The notes beneath the pieces were generated by a model. It did no database searches and was not told where the DNA came from. It saw nothing but the letters and a program-made list of their open reading frames with translations. A program made the translations under genes and the position numbers. This document shows positions 17,444 through 25,683 of a DNA stretch of 32,000 nucleotides, one piece after another (positions within the stretch are counted from its first letter, which is position 1; each line of letters opens with the position of its first letter). The stretch is from Psychrobacter sp. HD31 (GTDB taxonomy: Bacteria; Pseudomonadota; Gammaproteobacteria; Pseudomonadales; Moraxellaceae), in the NCBI RefSeq assembly GCF_051097895.1, contig NZ_CP142525.1, positions 930,001-962,000 of the forward strand, given 5' to 3'.

Positions 17444-18244
17444 ATGACACAAAACACCACTAACCTTAGCATTGAAAATCTACAAAATAGCGATAAAAAA
17501 CTAATCGCTTCCTTAGTTAAGGGACTGGTTGTTTTAAACTGCTTTAAAGATGGCAACCACAAACTCACGCACCAACAAGTTTGTAACCAAACTGGCTTGC
17601 CCAAAGCCACTGCAACACGGCTACTATACACCTTAGTCTATTGCCAATATTTAACTCACAACAAACAAACGGGCGATTACTACTTAGGTAAGCAAGCCCT
17701 AAAAATGGGTGGACAAATCGCAATGCAATCCGACATCAGCCAACTTGCCTTGCCTTTATTAAAACAATTTGCGCAAAAATATGAAACCTCTGTCAATATT
17801 GCAAGTCACCAAGCAGGTATGATGCAATATTTGGCGTGTTATCGCAGCCCTTCACGCATATCTGTTAATTTAAAAGTGGGGTCTCAAGTTCCGTTAGAGC
17901 AAACCGCCATTGGTCGAGCTTTTTATGCCTGTGCAAGCACTGAGGTAAAACAGGCAATCACTCATCACCTGCAACAACGAATCAGCAATAAAACAGACTA
18001 TGAAAATGCTATTGATCTACTTGAAAAACAAGAACAGCAATATCAAAAACAAGGGTTTAGTATTTCTAGTGGTGACTATTCTAGTGAGATATTAGCGGTT
18101 GCGGTTGCCATTAAAAATGGGGAACGCCTATTTGCAGTTAACGCCAGCGTGCCAAGCAGTTATTGGAAAGAAGACGACCTTATTAATAAGATCGTCCCCG
18201 CATTAAAAGATTTAGCCAATCAAATCAGTGAGATTATTCAATAA
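17444..18244 (+). CDS. IclR-family transcriptional regulator (PcaR/PcaU-like subgroup)
   Basis: 266 aa. The HTH region is SLVKGLVVLNCF...LTHQQVCNQTGLPKATATRLLYTL. The C-terminal IclR effector domain includes TAIGRAF. Confidence 0.85.
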   Translation: MTQNTTNLSIENLQNSDKKLIASLVKGLVVLNCFKDGNHKLTHQQVCNQTGLPKATATRLLYTLVYCQYLTHNKQTGDYYLGKQALKMGGQIAMQSDISQLALPLLKQFAQKYETSVNIASHQAGMMQYLACYRSPSRISVNLKVGSQVPLEQTAIGRAFYACASTEVKQAITHHLQQRISNKTDYENAIDLLEKQEQQYQKQGFSISSGDYSSEILAVAVAIKNGERLFAVNASVPSSYWKEDDLINKIVPALKDLANQISEIIQ

Positions 18245-18272
18245 TCACGCTTAAAAACCTTTAATTAAGCCG

Positions 18273-19469
18273 TTAAATAATCCCTTGTGCCTGCATGCTC
18301 TTAATTTCATCATCAGCATATCCCAACTCCTGCAATATTATTTGAGTATGTTCTCCAAGTTTGGGTGGCGGGGTAACATATTGCACTGGTGTTTGCGAGA
18401 GTTTAATTGGGCTACCCAACGCTTTAACTGGGCTGTTTTTAAATTTAACCACCATCTCACGATGTTGTACTTGTGGCAACGCAACTGCCTCGGCAATATT
18501 GTTGATTGAACCACATGGCACACTTGCCTGCTCAAACTTTTGTAACCAATAATCACGCGGTTGCTTCGCAATTTCAGATTGCATAAGCAAAATAAGCTCA
18601 TCTCGGTTAGCAACACGTTCTGGATTGGTTGCAAACTTTTGCTGTTGATGCCAAACTTGTTGCATCGCCTGACAAATTTTTTCAAATTGTTTGTCATTTC
18701 CACATGCCAAAATAAAGTGACCATCACTACTTTCAAATACTTGATACGGCACAATATTTGGGTGTGCATTACCCAGCCTTGGTGGGACAGCATCTGTTGC
18801 TAAGTGGTTCATTCCCACATTGGCAAGCATGGCAATCGCACTATCCATAAGTGCCACATCAACATGTTGCCCTTCACCTGTTAAAGTCCTTGCCAATAAG
18901 GCAGATTGTATACCAATGGTTAGTTGTAACCCTGCAAACAAATCTACCACGGCAACCCCAACTTTATGAGGTTCAGCATCCGCTGGTCCTGTAATGCTCA
19001 TTAAACCCGACATACCTTGGATAATATAATCATAACCTGCTTTGTGGGCATCCACACCTGTTTGCCCAAACCCTGTTAGCGAGGCATACACCAATTTAGG
19101 GTTAATCTGCTTAACACTCTCGTAATCTAGCCCATATTTTTTTAGGTTACCTACTTTAAAGTTTTCTACCAATACGTCAGCATCTTCTAGCATTTTTTTG
19201 ATAATGGCTTGTCCTTCAGGCTTTGACATGTCCACCGTTAGAGAGCGTTTATTGCGGTTAACCGTGGCAAAATATGCACTGGTTTTTTCTCCCTCATCAC
19301 TTTCAAACGTTGGTGGTGACCAATGGCGAGTTTCATCTCCAATATTTGGGCGTTCTATTTTTATTACCTCTGCGCCTAAGTCAGCCAATACTTGGGTGCA
19401 TGATGGACCTGCCAACACGCGAGATAAATCGACAACTTTAATGCCTTGTAATGATTGTATGTTTTGCAT
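18273..19469 (-). CDS. Family III CoA-transferase (CaiB/BaiF family), probably a glutarate/succinyl-CoA transferase
   Basis: 398 aa. The N-terminus GIKVVDLSRVLAGPSCTQVLADLGAEVIKIE and the GYDYIIQGMSGLMSITG motif are typical of the family. It lies immediately downstream of gcdH. Confidence 0.85.
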   Translation of the reverse strand: MQNIQSLQGIKVVDLSRVLAGPSCTQVLADLGAEVIKIERPNIGDETRHWSPPTFESDEGEKTSAYFATVNRNKRSLTVDMSKPEGQAIIKKMLEDADVLVENFKVGNLKKYGLDYESVKQINPKLVYASLTGFGQTGVDAHKAGYDYIIQGMSGLMSITGPADAEPHKVGVAVVDLFAGLQLTIGIQSALLARTLTGEGQHVDVALMDSAIAMLANVGMNHLATDAVPPRLGNAHPNIVPYQVFESSDGHFILACGNDKQFEKICQAMQQVWHQQQKFATNPERVANRDELILLMQSEIAKQPRDYWLQKFEQASVPCGSINNIAEAVALPQVQHREMVVKFKNSPVKALGSPIKLSQTPVQYVTPPPKLGEHTQIILQELGYADDEIKSMQAQGII

Positions 19470-19502
19470 TTATCTTTTTCCATTTTAATAACGCTGTTAA
19501 AC

Positions 19503-19539
19503 TTAAAAAAGTCGCTAACCAATTTATAGGCAGCGACTT
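19503..19539 (-). terminator. Terminator-like hairpin between gcdH and the CoA-transferase gene
   Basis: The minus strand reads AAGTCGCT-15 nt loop-AGCGACTT followed by TTTTAAGT. The stem is 8 bp, so this could be a partial terminator or a processing site. Confidence 0.45.
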
Positions 19540-19564
19540 TTATATCTATTTAACCAACTGTTGG

Positions 19565-20740
19565 TTAGCCAAAGGCTGCAATATCAGTTTGCGCACGACC
19601 CAAAATTAGGGCGTGTACATCATGCGTACCTTCATAAGTATTAACTGCTTCTAGGTTCATCACATGACGGATAACATGGAACTCATCACTAATGCCATTA
19701 CCGCCGTGCATATCACGAGCAACACGGGCAATGTTAAGTGCCTTACCACAGTTGTTACGTTTGATTAATGAAATCATTTCTGGCGCAGCTTTACCTTCAT
19801 CCATTAAGCGACCAACACGCAGTGCTGCCTGTAAACCTAAGCTAATTTCGGTTTGCATGTCAGCAAGTTTTAGTTGTACTAGCTGAGTCGCTGCTAGCGG
19901 GCGATTAAACTGTTTGCGGTCTAATGTATATTGACGTGCCGCCTTCCAGCAAAATTCTGCAGAACCCATTGCGCCCCATGCAATACCATAACGTGCTTTA
20001 TTTAAGCAACCAAATGGACCTTTTAAACCACGAATATCTGGGAAGGCATTTTCTTCTGGTACAAACACATCTTGCATCACAATCTCACCAGTGATTGAAG
20101 CACGTAGTGAAAATTTACCTTCAATTTTAGGCGCAGACAAACCTTCCATGCCTTTTTCTAGCACAAAACCACGGATGTCACCTTCATCATCTTTTGCCCA
20201 AACAACAAACACATCCGCAACTGGTGAGTTAGTAATCCACATTTTGCTGCCTTTAAGCTGATAACCGCCTTCAACTTTTCTGGCACGTGTTTCCATAGAA
20301 CCAGGATCAGAACCGGCATTAGGCTCAGTTAAACCAAAACAACCAATGTACTCACCTGTCGCAAGTTTTGGTAGATACTTTTGTTTTTGCTCTTCGGTAC
20401 CGTATGCCCAAATAGGATGCATCACCAAACTTGACTGCACACTCATGGCACTACGATAACCTGAATCAACTGCCTCAACCGCACGGGCAATTAATCCGTA
20501 AGCAACGCTTGATAAACCAGCACAGCCGTATCCATCAATGGTTACGCCCAATAAACCAAGCTCACCCATCTTGCGCATAATATTCGTATCAAAGGTTTCG
20601 TTGCGGTTTGCATCTGTTACAACAGGCATTAGCTCATTTTGGCAAAACTCAACTGCCGAACGGTAAACAAGGCGTTCTTCTTCGGTTAGTTGTTGCTCTA
20701 GCAAAAATGCGTCATCCCAGTTAAATGTTGGTCGTGCCAT
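19565..20740 (-). CDS. gcdH: Glutaryl-CoA dehydrogenase
   Basis: 391 aa acyl-CoA dehydrogenase with a GcdH-type N-terminus ([20 protein letters not shown]) and the motifs [14 protein letters not shown] and [21 protein letters not shown]. Confidence 0.93.
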   Translation of the reverse strand: MARPTFNWDDAFLLEQQLTEEERLVYRSAVEFCQNELMPVVTDANRNETFDTNIMRKMGELGLLGVTIDGYGCAGLSSVAYGLIARAVEAVDSGYRSAMSVQSSLVMHPIWAYGTEEQKQKYLPKLATGEYIGCFGLTEPNAGSDPGSMETRARKVEGGYQLKGSKMWITNSPVADVFVVWAKDDEGDIRGFVLEKGMEGLSAPKIEGKFSLRASITGEIVMQDVFVPEENAFPDIRGLKGPFGCLNKARYGIAWGAMGSAEFCWKAARQYTLDRKQFNRPLAATQLVQLKLADMQTEISLGLQAALRVGRLMDEGKAAPEMISLIKRNNCGKALNIARVARDMHGGNGISDEFHVIRHVMNLEAVNTYEGTHDVHALILGRAQTDIAAFG

Positions 20741-20845
20741 GATATTATCCTCATAAAAAACAGTTAAAAGCTCGTTTCACCAAAACTTTTAGATAACCAT
20801 CATTTATTGGCATTAAAAGTTATAGCGTTAAGATACTTTGTTTTT

Positions 20846-20876
20846 AATTATAGTTTCATATAGTAAAACTATAATT
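20846..20876. repeat. Perfect 11-bp inverted repeat with a 9-bp spacer upstream of gcdH, a candidate operator
   Basis: AATTATAGTTT-catatagta-AAACTATAATT, 106-136 bp upstream of the gcdH ATG. Confidence 0.6.
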
Positions 20877-20960
20877 TCACTCAATAAAACTATTAAACCA
20901 AATTTCATCCTTTGTGTAAATATTTAACTGCAAAAATTAAAATAAAAATTTACTTGGCAT

Positions 20961-20992
20961 AAAAAAACCACGCTTAAAAGCGCGGTTTTTTT
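20961..20992 (-). terminator. Rho-independent terminator after the LD-carboxypeptidase gene, bidirectional in shape
   Basis: AAAAAAA-CCACGC-ttaaaa-GCGCGG-TTTTTTT, with one internal mismatch in the stem. Confidence 0.7.
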
Positions 20993-21036
20993 GGTTCACT
21001 ATTTTTAGTTTTAAACAAATAAAGGTTATAAAGTGC

Positions 21037-22326
21037 TTAAGCACTCAATGCTGGCTCATAAATCAAACCAGCATCAATTGTTGGGTAGTTTGCAAACCTT
21101 AAATCAAAACCACTGCTGTTAGGCACAATGGTGCAATCACAGCCCATTGGAAAACTTTGCTTTTTACTCACATGCCCAAAGGCAACACCACTATAAATAG
21201 GTAAACCCGTCACTTTGTGCAGCTCTTTAATAACCGCTGCCACATCATAACTGGGGTCATACCCATCACTACCACTACGTGCCATTGCACCAAAAACAAT
21301 GGCTTGCTGGTTTTTAAATACACCTGCTAGGTGTAAATCATACAACATGCGTTCAAGCCTATATGGTTGCTCACCCACTTCTTCAATAAACACAATGCCA
21401 CCACGAGGGTTTGGCATATAGCTGCTGCCAGCTAGTGCTGACAACACACTTAAATTACCACCCCAAATGGTACCACTAATGCGTTGACTTGGACGTTTAG
21501 AAAGAATGGTTGGTAACTTATATGAGGTTTTATTACTGCGGTAGGTAGAAATTAATAAGTTTTTATCCGTCACTGCTTTTACAAAGCCAGCGCACGAAAT
21601 CGGGTCAGGCTTATACTTACCAAACTCACTGTATGCCATTGGCAAGTTTGCGCTACCCATACCACCTTTTGCCAGCAAAGCACACTGAATTGCGGTAACA
21701 TCGCTAAACCCACCCACAATGGTTCCACGTTCTTTTAATACGCTCCCTAGTTTAGCCCAACTTACCTTATCTAAAATACGCATCGCTCCATAGCCACCAC
21801 GCACACCTAACAGCAATTTAGGCGCTTCTACATGCCCATTCGCAATATATTGAAAATCGTTCGTACGCTCTTGATCACTGCCACCAAAACGGTAATATTT
21901 TCGATTTAATATTTCTGGATTTTGTACATTAAAACCAGCACAAGTTAATCGTTTAATGGCTAAATTGTTGCGCTCATGCATACCACTGCTTGTGTTTGAA
22001 CTAGAAAACAAACGGGTATCAATTACAGCAGCATTACAAGTTTTTGCAGGCTCATAAGCTTCTTGATAACCATCTTGGTAGTCAGAGCCTGTTGCGTTAA
22101 AATTAAAATCACGGTTGTTGGTAAATCCGCCAGACTCGCCAGAATAGCCTATTAGCTCAGCTCTACTAGGTAAGCAAACGCCTGCGCTAATCGCACCAAC
22201 ACCAAGCCCTAGCCCTTTTAAAAAAGTTCTACGATTAGCCTTGCTTACTTTATGACAAGCCTCGTCATCTTTAATGTAACTGACCTCTGTACTTTGTTTT
22301 TGATTTATTTTTTGTTTTGAGCGCAT
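21037..22326 (-). CDS. Peptidase S66 LD-carboxypeptidase (LdcA/MccF family) with a twin-arginine signal peptide
   Basis: 429 aa. The Tat-type signal is SKANRRTFLKGLGLGVGAISAGVCLPSRA. S66 motifs are GGFSDVTA (Ser nucleophile), FIEEVGEQPYRLERML (Glu) and GVAFGHV (His). Confidence 0.85.
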   Translation of the reverse strand: MRSKQKINQKQSTEVSYIKDDEACHKVSKANRRTFLKGLGLGVGAISAGVCLPSRAELIGYSGESGGFTNNRDFNFNATGSDYQDGYQEAYEPAKTCNAAVIDTRLFSSSNTSSGMHERNNLAIKRLTCAGFNVQNPEILNRKYYRFGGSDQERTNDFQYIANGHVEAPKLLLGVRGGYGAMRILDKVSWAKLGSVLKERGTIVGGFSDVTAIQCALLAKGGMGSANLPMAYSEFGKYKPDPISCAGFVKAVTDKNLLISTYRSNKTSYKLPTILSKRPSQRISGTIWGGNLSVLSALAGSSYMPNPRGGIVFIEEVGEQPYRLERMLYDLHLAGVFKNQQAIVFGAMARSGSDGYDPSYDVAAVIKELHKVTGLPIYSGVAFGHVSKKQSFPMGCDCTIVPNSSGFDLRFANYPTIDAGLIYEPALSA

Positions 22327-22422
22327 CGTGACTGCCTGTTATGTTTTTTCATGTAATATTTTATTGATAATATAGCCAACAGATACCATAATAGCCTTGT
22401 ATCGCTAGCATCAATCGATAAA

Positions 22423-22445
22423 TGCAATAATATAACATTATTGCA
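22423..22445. repeat. 9-bp inverted repeat in the LD-carboxypeptidase/DUF1232 divergent region
   Basis: TGCAATAAT-ataac-ATTATTGCA. Confidence 0.4.
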
Positions 22446-22503
22446 AAAATGCTATGCACGGTAAAGTAACAGTTTGTCAGTTTTATATAACGGAGAGCTA
22501 ACC

Positions 22504-22881
22504 ATGAGCATTCAAGATAATATTAAAAAATTAATCAGTAATGAAGAATCTGTAGAAAATAAATTAAAAAATAAACGAGGGCTTGAACGTTTTTTAGAAG
22601 ACGTGAAAACACTTATGAGCCTCGTTAAGGACTACCGTGCTGGTGAGTATAAAAAAATCCCATTAAAAACCATTGCCGCTGCCGCAACGGGTGTTTTATA
22701 TGCGGTTAATCCAATTGACATCATTCCAGACTCATTGCCTGTAGTTGGTGCAATTGATGATGTGATGGTACTGGGTTTTTGTTTAAAAATGATGGAGAGT
22801 GACCTAGCCAAATACCGTCGTTGGAAAGCACAGCAAACAAATGCTCAAAAAACAGCCGAAACAGTCACACCAAACGCATAG
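22504..22881 (+). CDS. DUF1232 (YkvA-family) membrane protein
   Basis: 125 aa counted from the ATG at 22504, which has SD GGAGAG 7 nt upstream. The listed TTG at 22474 is rejected. The signature motif is NPIDIIPDSLPVVGAIDDVMVL. Confidence 0.8.
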   Translation: MSIQDNIKKLISNEESVENKLKNKRGLERFLEDVKTLMSLVKDYRAGEYKKIPLKTIAAAATGVLYAVNPIDIIPDSLPVVGAIDDVMVLGFCLKMMESDLAKYRRWKAQQTNAQKTAETVTPNA

Positions 22882-23199
22882 GCTTAAATATTTAAAGAAG
22901 GTTTCTTGTAAGCCAGTGCTGAGTGATAACCGCCCAAAACCTATTAAATGGACATCATTTATAATTTTGCGGTGGTTTTATTGTTATAATATTTGACTAA
23001 ACCATTTATCTAACGTTTTTATCAAGCACAAAACAACTAAAACGTGGCTTAACTAAAAATGTAAAAAACAAAGCGATTAAAGGGCTATCAGCCGTCATTG
23101 ATACAAGAATCATTGACACAATTTTGCGCCATAGCCCATCATATTAATCGACATACCATATCTATTTTTACCAAAATTTTACCCAACATTGAGGCAAAT

Positions 23200-24738
23200 A
23201 TGTCTGAGTATCCCTTAACCCCTAAAGCAAATACCACCATTGCCTATACCGATGGCGCATGCAAAGAAAACCCAGGCATTGGTGGCTGGGGTGCCTATTT
23301 AATATTTGCAGATGGCACAACCCAAGAGTTATATGCTGGCGAGCAACAAACCACCAACAATCGTATGGAGCTAACCGCAACGATTGAAGCTATTAAAAAC
23401 AGCCCTAGCGCACATTTGCTTGAAATATGGACAGACTCAAGCTATGTAAAAAATGGCATTACCCAATGGATTAATGGTTGGAAAGCAAAAGGCTGGAAAA
23501 CTGCCAACAAAAAACCAGTTAAAAATCAAGATTTATGGCAACAATTAGATGAACTTAACCAAGCAAGAAACATTGATTGGAACTGGATAAAAGGGCATGC
23601 AGGACACGCTGGTAATGAAAAGGCAGATGAACTTGCCAACCAAGGTGTGTTAAATCCAGAAGGCAATCTGCAAAATTCTGCCAAGCCTAATAATCAAAAA
23701 AACCAACATAGTGATGACTGGTTAAGTAACGACCCACTGGGTTTTTTAGATGACGAGGACATCAGTGATGACTTATATGAAGAAAGCGATGAAAAAAGCA
23801 TTGATAATGACTTTACAAACAATGCTCAAAAAGAAGCTGAAGAATTAGAAAAAGTGGCATCAGCAAACATTACTGAACCATTATCTTCTAATATCGAAAC
23901 CAACGATATCGAATCTAGCAATGAGCGTTTGCACACTGATATTTATGAAGATGAGGCTGACTTACCAAAGTTTGATGGCGATACCAGCAAAGCTAACCCT
24001 TATTTTCGTCCCATGTTGCCTACCCCTATCAACAAAGGCAAAAACAACCGCCAGTTGATTATGGATACCGAGACCACAGGGTTTGAATACATGAACGATG
24101 ACCGCATTATCGAAGTCGGTATTGTTGAAATGGTTGGGCGCAAATTTACGGGTGAAAAACTACACGTTTACATCAACCCTAATCGTAAAGAACCTATGAG
24201 CGAAGAAGTTATTCGTGTTCATGGTATTACCGATGCCTTTTTAGAAGACAAACCAACATTTGATAAAGTTGCCAAGCAAGTGTTTGAGTTTATGCAAGGT
24301 GCTGAAGTCATTGCACATAACGCAAACTTTGATATGAACTTTTTGGATATGGAGTTTACTAAAGCTGGTTTGCCCAGGCTGTCTGACCATGCAAAAGTAA
24401 CCGACTCACTTGCCCTTGCTAAACACCAATATCCAGGGCAAAAAAACACCCTTGATGCTTTGGTGCGCCGCCTAAACGTGGGGAAGCAAGATCGTACATT
24501 CCACGGCGCTTTGTTGGACTCCGAGATTCTTGCAGAAGTCTACCTAGCGATGACGGGTGGGCAAGTCTCCTTGGCAATTGATGACGATAGCAATGCCGAT
24601 GGCGATACTGCCCATGCACATTTTGAAGCACTGGCAAATTTGTTAATTGCAGATACCAGCGACAGTGGCGAACATGCAAAATGGCTTGAAAAAATTAGCG
24701 GTAAATTCCCAGCAGTAAAAACCGTTTGGGAAGGTTAA
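23200..24738 (+). CDS. dnaQ: Fused ribonuclease HI / DNA polymerase III epsilon (3'-5' exonuclease) protein
   Basis: 512 aa counted from the ATG at 23200 (SD GAGG). The N-terminal RNase HI motifs are AYTDGAC, NNRMELTA, IWTDSSYV and GHAGHAGNEKADELA. A D/E/S/N-rich linker of about 130 aa spans 23647..24048. The C-terminal DnaQ motifs are Exo I IMDTETTG, Exo II AHNANFDMNFL, Exo III HGALLDSEILAEVY, then GGQVSLAI, which resembles the weak clamp-binding motif of E. coli epsilon. Confidence 0.9.
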   Translation: MSEYPLTPKANTTIAYTDGACKENPGIGGWGAYLIFADGTTQELYAGEQQTTNNRMELTATIEAIKNSPSAHLLEIWTDSSYVKNGITQWINGWKAKGWKTANKKPVKNQDLWQQLDELNQARNIDWNWIKGHAGHAGNEKADELANQGVLNPEGNLQNSAKPNNQKNQHSDDWLSNDPLGFLDDEDISDDLYEESDEKSIDNDFTNNAQKEAEELEKVASANITEPLSSNIETNDIESSNERLHTDIYEDEADLPKFDGDTSKANPYFRPMLPTPINKGKNNRQLIMDTETTGFEYMNDDRIIEVGIVEMVGRKFTGEKLHVYINPNRKEPMSEEVIRVHGITDAFLEDKPTFDKVAKQVFEFMQGAEVIAHNANFDMNFLDMEFTKAGLPRLSDHAKVTDSLALAKHQYPGQKNTLDALVRRLNVGKQDRTFHGALLDSEILAEVYLAMTGGQVSLAIDDDSNADGDTAHAHFEALANLLIADTSDSGEHAKWLEKISGKFPAVKTVWEG

Positions 24739-24759
24739 TCTTTTTATGAATTGATAAAA

Positions 24760-24785
24760 GGCTGGGTATTGCCCACCATTTTTTG
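24760..24785 (+). terminator. Probable terminator after rnhA-dnaQ
   Basis: GG(C)TGGG-tattg-CCCACC, 6 bp with one bulge, followed by ATTTTTTG. Confidence 0.5.
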
Positions 24786-24857
24786 TTAAAATTTTTAATG
24801 CGACATACAACTAAGAGATGATAACAAAACCAATATAACCATTTTATTTATGCCACT

Positions 24858-25682
24858 ATGACCAAAAGCATACAAAAGTCTTTACCTTTTATGCCCTATG
24901 AGGAGCAGCAACAAATTACACGCCTTTGTGTTCGTTGCGGCTTATTACTCATGCAATATGGCGCAGAGTCTGCCGTGGTGGTCGATTTAACCAAACGCCT
25001 TGGTATTGCCTTGGGCGTGGCAAGTGTTGAATGTGCCGTATCCTTTAATGCCCTAACGTTAACCACCCTTTACAACGGGCGGTGCATTACCACAACACGT
25101 GATACGGTTAACCAAGGCATTAATGTCAATATTTTGGTGCAAATACAGCAAATTGTTAGCACCGTAGAATCTGCCCATCGCAGTGCCGACACACAAGATG
25201 ATTTAATTGCCGACACCCAAACTAACTTTGACCTAATGGACAGAGACGTTTATCCCCCTTGGGCAGTTGCCATGGCGGTTGGTGGTTCTTGTGCCGGTTT
25301 TGCTTACTTAAATGGTGGTAATTTTAGCATTACAGCCGTTACTTTTGTTGCTGGTTTTATTGCCATGCTCATGCGGATTCATTTTAGTAAACGCTACTTA
25401 AACGTGTTTGTTAGTGTCATTTTAACCGCGTTTATTGCCTCTTTAATTGGGGCAACCACCTACTTTTTTGAAGCAAGCAGTTATGCCGAAATTGCAGTTG
25501 CCTCTAGCGTACTCTTGTTGATTCCAAGCTTTCCGATGATTAATGCCATGTCAGATATTTTAAAAGGCTATGTCAATATGGGCGTTGCTCGTTCTATTTT
25601 TACATTTATGTTGGTATTATCTGCCTGCGTGGGCATTGTGTTTGCTTTGTTGTTATTACAAATTCAAAATTGGGGGTTATAA
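24858..25682 (+). CDS. Threonine/serine exporter family protein, ThrE N-terminal-type subunit (DUF1212)
   Basis: 274 aa. The cytoplasmic N-domain (RLCVRCGLLLMQYGAESAVV) is followed by about 5 TM helices. It pairs with the next gene. Confidence 0.78.
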   Translation: MTKSIQKSLPFMPYEEQQQITRLCVRCGLLLMQYGAESAVVVDLTKRLGIALGVASVECAVSFNALTLTTLYNGRCITTTRDTVNQGINVNILVQIQQIVSTVESAHRSADTQDDLIADTQTNFDLMDRDVYPPWAVAMAVGGSCAGFAYLNGGNFSITAVTFVAGFIAMLMRIHFSKRYLNVFVSVILTAFIASLIGATTYFFEASSYAEIAVASSVLLLIPSFPMINAMSDILKGYVNMGVARSIFTFMLVLSACVGIVFALLLLQIQNWGL

Positions 25683-25683
25683 A

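Noticed and set aside
18338-18793. 151-aa ORF on the minus strand in an alternative frame within the CoA-transferase gene.
   Set aside because: It lies entirely inside a well-supported CDS. Its odd composition (rich in C, W, R and K) is typical of off-frame translation, and it has no SD.
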